From Bigelowiella natans CCMP2755 (lineage: Eukaryota; Protista; Cercozoa): a stretch of DNA of 64,000 nucleotides. Each line of letters opens with the position of its first letter. Position 1 is the stretch's first letter. The DNA lies in contig ADNK01002959.1 in the NCBI GenBank assembly GCA_000320545.1, positions 106,593 through 170,592 on the forward strand, given 5' to 3'. A program made the translations under genes and the position numbers. Below the pieces are notes generated by a model, which saw only the letters and a program-made list of their open reading frames with translations, did no database searches and had not been told where the DNA came from. Shown here in pieces: positions 54,882-64,000 of this stretch.

Positions 54882-56805
54882 CGACGACGACGACGACGAC
54901 AACAACAGCAAGCGATAGTATCATCATCATTTTGTTATTATTATTAATTATTATTATTATTATTTTTGAACATTGTAGCATTGAATATCTCTTCTTCTTC
55001 TTCTTCTTCTTCTTCTTCTTCTTCCTCTGTAGTTACAGCAAACACTTGGTTGATAAACAACTCCCTCTTCTTATCCCTGCAGCTGTGTGCACTTTTATAA
55101 TTTTCTTCTTAGGGGATACACTATCCATCGGAGAAATTGATACAATTGTAAATTGCTATAAGATATCAAATCAATATGCTGCCAAGGTTTTATAATTATT
55201 GGAACGAGTGATAAAACAAAATGTCAGAATCACTACCACATGATGATGTGTTTATTATCTCAAGTTGTGACAGTCAAAAAAATGATGTCCATCACTATTA
55301 TTGCTATTGTTTGAATTTGTAATCAGGCAAATGAAGAGCTCTCTGAATTAGGGTTGCGTGTTTTCCACGCATCATCATCATCAGAAGGCAATGATTCATC
55401 ATCATCATCATCATCATCATCATCTCTCGGGTGGGATGATATGGCAGGATATGAGTCAGTAAAGCAAGAAATCCAAGCAACAGTCATTCATGCACTCAAG
55501 CACCCAGAGGTAGGTAGTAAGTAAGGAGGAAGAAAAAGATAGATATGAAGAAGAAGAAGAAGAAGAAGAAGAAGAAGAAGAAGAATGGCAATATTCTCTT
55601 ACTTATTCCCATGAGCAGCAACAGAACCATTATTGAGTCGTCGTCATCATCATCATCATCATCATCATCATCACCATCTCTACCTCTTCCTTTCACCTCC
55701 TCCTCCTCCTCCTCCTTCTCCTCCCTTCCCAAGATATACGCAGAAATCGTGTCACAGACACGACACAAACAAGAGTCAAACCAACCTAAGGCTATTCTCT
55801 TTGAAGGACCTCCTGGTAGTAGAATGAAGTGGTTAAATTAGTGTTAATGATGATTATCCACGCAGGAACAAACACATACTAAATGCTATGTATTCTAATT
55901 ACGATATGTACTACGTACGTAGTACTGCCATCGGTCACGAGCTGTGGAATTCATCAATATAACATACCACATTCTACTACTACTACTACTATCGACTGAC
56001 CACACTGTCAACATATGCATAAAAACATCGTACGTATTAAGACGTAGTTCTGCGAGTACATTATCACATAACACATGTCAACCAAAATCAACACCAAAAT
56101 AGTGTCATGTAAGGTCTAAATGCACATCTACATTTGTGTAAGTGTGTTTGAGTGTTGTTCGTGCGTAGTTTATCAAGAAAATCTATTTCCTTCGATATTG
56201 ATTAATGTGATGTATAAACAATCAGGAACAGGGAAAACCACTGTGGCAAGAATTATAGCTAAAGAGATTGATGTATGCTTTCAAACAAGATAGATCATAA
56301 TGATAATGGTGATGATGATGGTGTTGTTCAAATGATCGGGGTCACTTAGTGGTAGTTTGTTGTAGTAGCAGAATAGTGGTACTAGTAGTATTTGTGTTTA
56401 GGCAATAATTTGAAGCATGATAAACAACTGGCCAGATTCCCATTCTTGCTTTCAGAACTCCTTCTTCTTCTTCTTCTTCTTCTTCTTCTTCTTCTTCTAG
56501 GCATGTTGTTCCTACACTCACCAGCATGATAGAAGAAGAAGAAGAAGAAGAAGAAGAAGAAGAAGAAGGAGGAGGAGGAGGCAGTATAATAGATGCTAAC
56601 AGTCGACCTCATTCATTGTATATCAAACCTGTTTTCTAAATTGTTTGTTGTTTGTTCTTCTTTTCAAATAATAAAATGCAAGGTACCTATGGTTTATGTA
56701 CCGGTTGAGTCTATAATGAGCATGTAGTAGTAGTAGTAGTTGAAGTAGTAATAGTAGTAGTATATATATATGAGAGGGGGAGGAGGAAGGATACAGCAGA
56801 TATAC

Positions 56806-56858
<53 letters not shown>

Positions 56859-57371
56859 GGATGAGAAAAAGGAAGGAAGAGGTTTAGAGTTAAGTCAAAG
56901 AAAGGAGATAGAGACCCATTAAGGGGGGGGGGGGGTGTGGCTACATCATATTTGTAGGGTATTATTATTTATTACCGAATTTTAGTGATATTTCTTCTAT
57001 TTTGATTGTATTCATTAATTTCTTATCATGAATTCATACGTTCAGTCGTAATGTGAATGATAACAAGGCTAATTAGATATTAACTATACTGGTATAAGTT
57101 ACTGACGTTGAAATCAGTAATTACTACTACATGCTACTCAGGTATTACGGTGAGAGTGAGAAATTGCTAACGAAGGTGCTAGTAGATGTTTCAATTATTA
57201 AAAAGAATATGATGTAAAGAAGAAGAAGTAAATAAAAAGCAGCAGAAACTTAATTTGGGTATTTAACCACATACAACAGATGTAGGAGATTAAATGGAAT
57301 CACTAGTGCATATTGCTGTTGCGAAATAATAAGTCAAAATTTGTAGAATGCTTGCGAACACACGCATGCTG

Positions 57372-57415
<44 letters not shown>

Positions 57416-57487
57416 AGGTATTTGATACGTGCGAGAAGATTGGAAAATCGATCGTATTTATCGACGAAATAGACAGGTAGTAGCGGT

Positions 57488-57526
<39 letters not shown>

Positions 57527-58030
57527 CATCTAAGGAATAGTAGTAGATTGAACATTATCATCCAAATAGGTCGGTATATCACTTAATGCGACATACATAC
57601 ATACTTACCACAACAAGTTTGTTGTCATCATTTCAATCATTTATTCATTCAGAAATGCTGCTTGCTGTAGTAGTGCAGATGATGATTCTGATAGCGATGA
57701 TGGATGATACCTGCAGCTTGTAAATTAGAAGAAAGATTATATATTTAATCTCCCTCTTCTTCTTCTTCTTCTTCCTCCTCCTCCTCCTCCTTTTTTCCAT
57801 TCCTTCTTATCACACTACTATGGATAGCCTGGCAACATCACGAGGGCCTAACATGCATGAAGCTACTAGACGTATTCTCTCAACGCTTCTGCGTCGAATT
57901 GAAGTATTAAATCACGTGTTATTTGTTCACATATTGAATATGTGGTGATGATGGTGATGATGATGATGACGATGGCAATGAGACTCCCGTTGATGTACGT
58001 AAATTGTAGTTAACTGTTGCGTGTGTATTG

Positions 58031-58077
<47 letters not shown>

Positions 58078-59443
58078 GTGTGTGAAGATTTGATGGCATG
58101 ATGATTGGTTTCTCTTACGTCGTTGTAGATCGATGATAGATCGAGTAGTAGTGATGCTAGCTAGCTAATCCATCACGTTGTATGCTGTAGCAGATTCGTC
58201 AATGAATACTTGAGAATGTGGTGATAATAATAGCGTTACCCCATAACAATTCAACCGTGAATTCCTTCTTCTGCCGCAAAGCAATAATTGTTTTTATTTA
58301 TTTAAATCAATCCCAACAACAACAAACACAATCATAGGGCTTTGAAGAAAAGTCAGGTGTTATAGTGATAGGCGCTACAAATCGAAAGTCAGATCTTGAC
58401 GAGGTAGTAGTAGCACTAGTAACTTTCCTGCTGAATTCTAGAAACCAATATATTGTATGTGAGGGGAGGGATCAAATCACTAAGGACTTCTATGGGATAA
58501 CAACTTATTAACAGCAGCGTTTTTCATCATCATCATCACAAGTACAATCTTGATGCAGGCATCATCAATCATCATTTGAACGACAAAAATACCCTCCTCG
58601 TAGGCCATGCTGTCTCGATTCGACATATCAATTAAATTTGGGCTACCAGATGTCGTAGAAAGAGAAAAAATATTCAAGCTATATGCTAAGCAATTACCTG
58701 AGAAGCAACTGAGACAGTAAGCACGTTTCTTGTAAAATATTAATAATGTAGTAGAGTCAGCACACACACACACACGCACACACATCCATACGTTACAAAG
58801 ATACATTTATACAGTCGCCAAAAATGTATATTAACATAGATACTACATACATGTATACATATATGTGCATGCATACATTTGATTGTCAGAGTTAACGGAG
58901 ATCTGAAATTGCTTTATAGACTCATGAAATTGTCGGTGATATGTTATTTCATTTATTATGTTGTAATTGTAATTACTGACAAACAGACTCGCACGAGGGT
59001 CTGAAGGACTCTCAGGACGCGACATACGCGATCTTTGCGCACATGCAGAGAGAAACTGGGGCACCATTTTAATAGAAAAGGTCCAGTAATAGTCTTCAAA
59101 TCCTACTTCTTGTTGTACTACTACTACTGAAAATTAAACGGATACAAGTAGTATGTTGTGACTGTTGCTTACATTTCCATCTATACTCATATTTAGAAGA
59201 ACAAACACGACACGATTGTAAGACTTTTTTTTGTGATTTACACCATGACAAACTTTTCAGAAAATGGAGAGCAAAAAGGACCATTCAGGGAGTTTGTCGG
59301 GGCTTTTTGCCTCTCCAGATCCAAAAGATTCTAAGCCATTACCAACACCGCCGTTTTCGCAATATCAACAGTCGCTGAAGCTGAGAAGAGACTCAATTCG
59401 GCTTGACGATGGAAATGGCACTTCATCGTTGCACGCAGCTTGA
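53149..59443 (+). CDS. Single-domain AAA+ ATPase, many exons (start uncertain)
   Basis: WDDMAGYESVK, ILFEGPPG/TGKTT (Walker A split by an intron), YYGESEK, IVFIDEID (Walker B), IGATNRKSDLDE/AMLSRFD (second region of homology), LSGRDIRD. Stop at 59443. Confidence 0.9.
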
Positions 59444-59471
59444 TGGATGACTAGAAAAAAAATTCAAAGTA

Positions 59472-60559
59472 CGTCATCAAAACGCATCGAAAATGAATCA
59501 AATTTTGGCAAGCAAAAGATCGGACAGGTCATCACTTGCACGATCATGGCCTGATTGCGCGCACTTGCGCACATTGCAATGATCAGCGCAGTTCACAATT
59601 GTGCAGCCATTCACCCGACTATTTTGGCAACCAACTGCAACATGGAGGCGCGCAAGCCACAGGAAAAACCTCTCCATGTGATGTCGCACCGGAAGCATTC
59701 CTGGATGTGGGTTGGGGTCAGGATTCTGTTCCGGACCGGGGTCGAAGTGACAGTGCGCGCACTTGCGCACAATGCAATGATCAGCGCAGTTCACAATTGT
59801 GCAGCCATTCACCCGACTGTTTTGGCAACCAACTGCAACATGGAGGCGTGCAAACCAGAAAAAAAACTTTTCCCTGTGATGTCGCACGAGATCACTCACG
59901 TGTTCAGGTTCTGTTCTGGACCACGGTGTGCGTCAGGGCAAGGAATTCGGGGCAGGGTTGGGGTCAGGGATTCGGGTCAGGGTCAGGGGTTGGGGTCAGG
60001 GTTGCACATCTTGCCCAAACGTGCAACATCGACACAAAAAGTGAGCCATCTCAAAAACTGGATGGTGTTTTTTGACAATTTTTTGCTCAACGTGCAGCTG
60101 TCATTGCGCACGACTTCAATTTGGCTCAATTGAATTTGATCGTTTGTGGAAATTCTCAATGTGCGGCACGTGGAAACACACAAAATTTCGACATTTTGCT
60201 GCACGTGACCACGCACCAAACGGTCACGCGAAGCAAAGTGCAGACGTTTCGACACTCCTGGACTCGTTTGACCAGTGCTTTCAGCAATCTTCATCACTTT
60301 TTGCTGTGCATGCGCAATTCTGAGCATTTGTGCCAATGGGAAAGTTGTTTTTGATTTTTTTTGAAAAAGTGAAAACTCTGATTTCCCAACTTTGCCAAGT
60401 TTTCAAAGTGCAAAAACTGAGGTGTCTCCTCGACATTTTGTGTTCAAGCCTGACCACTCATTGTGCTGCACGTCAGATGGCTTTCAATCAACAGGTCAGA
60501 GGCCTGTTTCCTGCAGCTCCTGCTGTGCTTGAGCTGGTCAGAACCAAAGTGCGTGAGGG
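59472..60559. repeat. TpA-free repeat block with a ~135-bp direct duplication and degenerate telomere-like hexamers
   Basis: 59555-59690 matches 59755-59890. TCAGGG/TTGGGG units at 59712-59722 and 59933-60003. One TA seen in ~1.09 kb. Confidence 0.8.
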
Positions 60560-60577
60560 TTAGGGTTAGGGTTAGGG
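60560..60577 (+). repeat. Interstitial telomeric repeat (TTAGGG)3
   Basis: gagggTTAGGGTTAGGGTTAGGGggg. Confidence 0.85.
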
Positions 60578-60579
60578 GG

Positions 60580-61080
60580 GGACAACAATGATGTCTTAAA
60601 AAGTGCATTGGGAGGATTTTCATTCACGGATGACAAAATCATGGCTGAACTCGACCCAATTGAAATGTTGAAACACAGTTTTCTGATGAATGTGCGCACT
60701 AGTAACATCACAATTGATGGTGTAACAACCATTAATCATCATGGGTCTAGTTACAAATTTGTGTTCTCATGGAAATGGTTTCAAGAATTTTTCTGAACAC
60801 CATGCCGAAATGATCTTTGGTGAAAAGATGAAGGAAAATGAAACATCGGAATCTTTTGATGTCTGCAGAAGAGGAGGTGAACTTAAAATGCATGGTTCCG
60901 ATGCGTTCAAAGCAATTTGTGCTGAACATGCAAGAAAAAAAGACCAGAGGTTTGAGATGCATCCGAGAATTTTGTTGTGATCAAGATGGCATTATTGTCA
61001 TTGGGACACGGACCATGAAATCCCATTCCATGGATGAATCTAAATGTATGAAAGAAGTAATCTACCCTGTTGATTGAAAT
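60580..61080 (+). pseudogene. Frameshifted coding-like remnant of unknown origin, partly TpA-depleted
   Basis: Three overlapping + frames (60608-60796, 60741-60980, 60838-61077) with protein-like, Met/His/Cys-shifted composition. No motif recognised. Confidence 0.3.
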
Positions 61081-61519
61081 GATACGGAATTCAAAATCCA
61101 AACAGATTCGGAAACGACGTACAGGCTAATGATCGTGCGTACTAGCGTGCTGGGACTGCTCATGCAAGTAGCTCAGCACCCGCCACATTGCAGTTGATGG
61201 CCCGACCGGTGTACATGTTTGCATCTCGGCGCGCGAATCGCGCGAAACAGGTAAATGCTGGGTATCGGAACATGGCAGCGAGGTAGGGTGAGCAGAATGC
61301 TTGACGCCCATGACTAAGCATAATCAACACACGGTGTTGGCAATATCCATACGTGTATACATGTATACATGCATACACGGAGCATATCACTGTAAGATCT
61401 ATGGATCATGCTCTTTCATTTGCTTACTACACCATGCACTGCGACAGCGTTGTGAGGTATGCACACATCTGTATCATCAGATACGTTAGTTACGGTTAGT
61501 GACTCGCATTGATTTGCTT

Positions 61520-64000
61520 CTAATGAGCAGTGTAAGTTGAGGAAGAACTTGCAGCGTTCGGGGCAATACATCCGGGCTCATCCAAGACAGAATCCTCTCC
61601 AGGTTCATCGCTCTCACTGATGCTGTAGTGGCTGATGTCGCCGAACAGAACCGTTCTCCGAAGCTCTCTTTCAAACCTAACATGTTTCGTGCGGGCCGGA
61701 ATTACCAAAAAAAAAAAAGGGGGGGGGGGGGGATGCTTTAAAATTGAATAAAGAAAGGAACGTGAATGAAACCATTGGAAAAAGCTCTGTCGAAAACGAT
61801 CGAATACCTCGTAGTACGGTACCCAGAACTAGCAGCACGCCCGAATTGTAACCGACGACGTGGTGAAGGCGGTTGATACGGAAAGTCTTGTTCTGGGTCT
61901 ATACCAGAATGGAAGGAGATCGATTCAGACGGTAAACGGTCGAGTCTAGCATTTTCTCTACAGGATGCGACATTGAATGAGACAGAAAATTGCGATCCCA
62001 TGGCGTGGGCTCGACGCACTGCAGCCTGACGCTCTCGTTCAGAGCTCACAGCTTCACCATTGATCCGGACGATTGACCATCCAACTCGAACCCCAAGCCT
62101 CTTTCCAGCTGCAGTGACCTCGTCGACTATCCCCCTACTGTCCACGAAGCAGGTGGCTACATCACAGGGAAGAACCATCGTGGTGAGCGCGCGTCCGCCA
62201 TCTGCCCTTGTAATGCTCTGGACTGTTGAAAAAGAGAGCATCGCAATAAGAACGCCCTCAGCTAAAGCTATCGTAAATATCCGCAAAAGTACGTCCTGGC
62301 CGTAGCACATTACGGTGACCTCTAACGCTTCCTGACCGCCTTCCATCCGGCGGCTCCAAGAAATGACTACGAGCAAGAAAGCGCAGCCTAGAATGAGTAC
62401 CCCTGATACCAGAATTCCAACGCCATCTCTCGTTGTCCATTCGTTATTACCGACCGACGATTCGCTGGCGAACCCGTAGAAAGACTCAGATCGTGTGACG
62501 AAATTCGTATTTGTCGATTGAAAGTGCATTCTCATACTCTGAGAACGTTTGAATATCTTCTGTTCTTTCCGTTCGCCACCCGCAACCCAGCCTAGCGATG
62601 CACCGGCGGCCGAACCCGTGTGCGTTACCATGGACGATTGGAACGGAAGGATGCCGGGTTTCGTTTTGACACGATTTGACTTCGCTTCCTTTCCATCCAG
62701 CTTCTTCCCGTCGCCTTTCTCCTCATCGCTATCATCATCATCATCAGCCACCATCTACTTCGTCTTGTTGCTTCTGTGTCTCACCTTGATCGTCTCCATC
62801 ATCGTCGTTTTCAAAATTGTCATCGCCATCGGCTTCGGCTTCAGCTTCATCGTCTTCCATAGCTAAACCATCATGAACATCTTGAGCACAAACCGATGCG
62901 ATGAAGAAAATCCAAGGCAGAGCGGCAGCCAGACCTGATGCTACAAATGGGACGCGAAACTCTTTCGGTGTCGCGCGATGGAACATCACCGATACGACAT
63001 AGGGTACGGGAAATGAAATCAGGCAAGCAACAATGGCCAATGCAGCTGTTCCAGTGAGAAAAAACAGCTTCTGAGAAGTCCCTTCAAGGAGCGCGCACAC
63101 GACGGCGCCATTCATCACGAGAACCAAAAGCACTAGAAGCCTCTTTTGAGAGTTCATGTAGTCTCCAGGGTGCCTGAGCGCAATGGACAGCCACGGGTGA
63201 CGAGTTCGCATGGCTATGGAGCTAGTGCGCATCCATGTGCGACACGAGCCCTTGGCTTCTGTATGAAGGTATCGTGCCGTGGTTTTCAGCCTCCAGAAAT
63301 CCCGTTGAACCTCCTCCTTGAACGCCTCCTTATTCGATCCTCTGCAGTCGGTAAGAGTGGCGGCGCACATTCCGGGGTTTCGATCATACCATCGCAGAAT
63401 GGGGAGAATGAGCAGCGCCGTAGCAAACACCACAACAACCAGCAGCATCATCGGGTTCTTGGAAGGATCAAATGCATCGAGATCGGTAAGATCGTTTGCA
63501 CTGACTGTGTTCACCTCGACGCTGACCGAATCGGTTAGCAGGGTAAATAGGGAGAGATGGGTGCTTTCACATACAGGAGCCCCTTGCTCAATGGTGAGAT
63601 TTAGTCCCCGCTTACTCCAGTGGGTTCCGTTCCAATACGCGCAACCGTAGCGGCTTAGATCCTCATTAGCTGTAGATCTTTTAGCTTCCCAGTTTGGAAC
63701 CGTGAAACGTATAGGACGCGATGTATTTTGGATTTGTATTTCCTGGCTGTCAATGGACCGGACATCTATTTTCAAGATACCATTTTTCGATTCACGGCCC
63801 GCAGGCCAGGTTTCGTAAAACATAGAAGACTTTCCTCCTACGATGGTCGTCAGTCCGAGCTGAAGAACGGATGAACTCGAGCTTGCATTTGGCCCTCCTA
63901 TTGTCCTACCCGATGGCTGGAAAACAACTTTACAGTTTGTGGCTTTCTGTGCTAGTGTAGCATTCTCCAGGCTTGTACTCGCTATCAGTTCCGGACAATC
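61520..64000 (-). CDS. GPS/GAIN-motif polycystin-1/REJ-like multi-pass membrane protein, 5' truncated by window, apparent frameshift at ~62750
   Basis: Frame open from the window end. CAYWNGTHWSKRG...CESTHLSLFTLL is a GPS motif (HL|S). Followed by TM segments, RHPWLSI and a PDZ-like GVRVGWSIVRINGE. Probable last intron ~61678-61807, then FERELRR...TAH*. Confidence 0.75.

Noticed and set aside
297-59284. Homopolymeric or dipeptide ORFs (poly-CV, YI, HT, LS, RE, V, L) in the ORF track
   Set aside because: Translations of stop-free microsatellites.
61130-61330. GC-rich segment with gcgcgaatcgcgc hairpin as a possible ncRNA
   Set aside because: No tRNA, snRNA or rRNA signature recognisable; cannot support a call.

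Overview
Eukaryotic (protist-like) nuclear DNA with GT-AG introns, dense microsatellites and TTAGGG-type telomeric motifs. About 12 genes lie in strictly alternating orientation: unresolved membrane protein (+), papain/cathepsin-L-like protease (-), divergent TBP-like factor (+), RAD54B-like helicase (-), claudin/amastin-like protein (+), mannitol-1-phosphate dehydrogenase-like (-), GH18 chitobiase-like (+), large unresolved gene (-), Tim17-family (+), small secreted protein (-), AAA ATPase (+) and a GPS-domain polycystin/REJ-like protein (-). Interspersed repeats sit in the convergent gaps. The main finding is that these repeats (a decayed LINE, a 2-kb non-autonomous element and its partial second copy, and a block with telomere-like repeats) are almost free of the dinucleotide TpA while keeping CpG. 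Five internal comparisons point to TA being converted to TG or CA on both strands: conserved RT Tyr to Cys/His, paralogous LINE tails with TA/TG/CA at the same site, (TA)n runs turned into CA/TG mosaics, TTAGGG turned into TCAGGG/TTGGGG, and a local duplicate with TA vs TG. Surviving TAs are mostly in CTA/TAG context. This looks like a repeat-targeted, RIP-like A:T->G:C mutator acting at TpA. I do not know a description of it, and the mechanism is inference. Counts were made by eye and exon boundaries are approximate.
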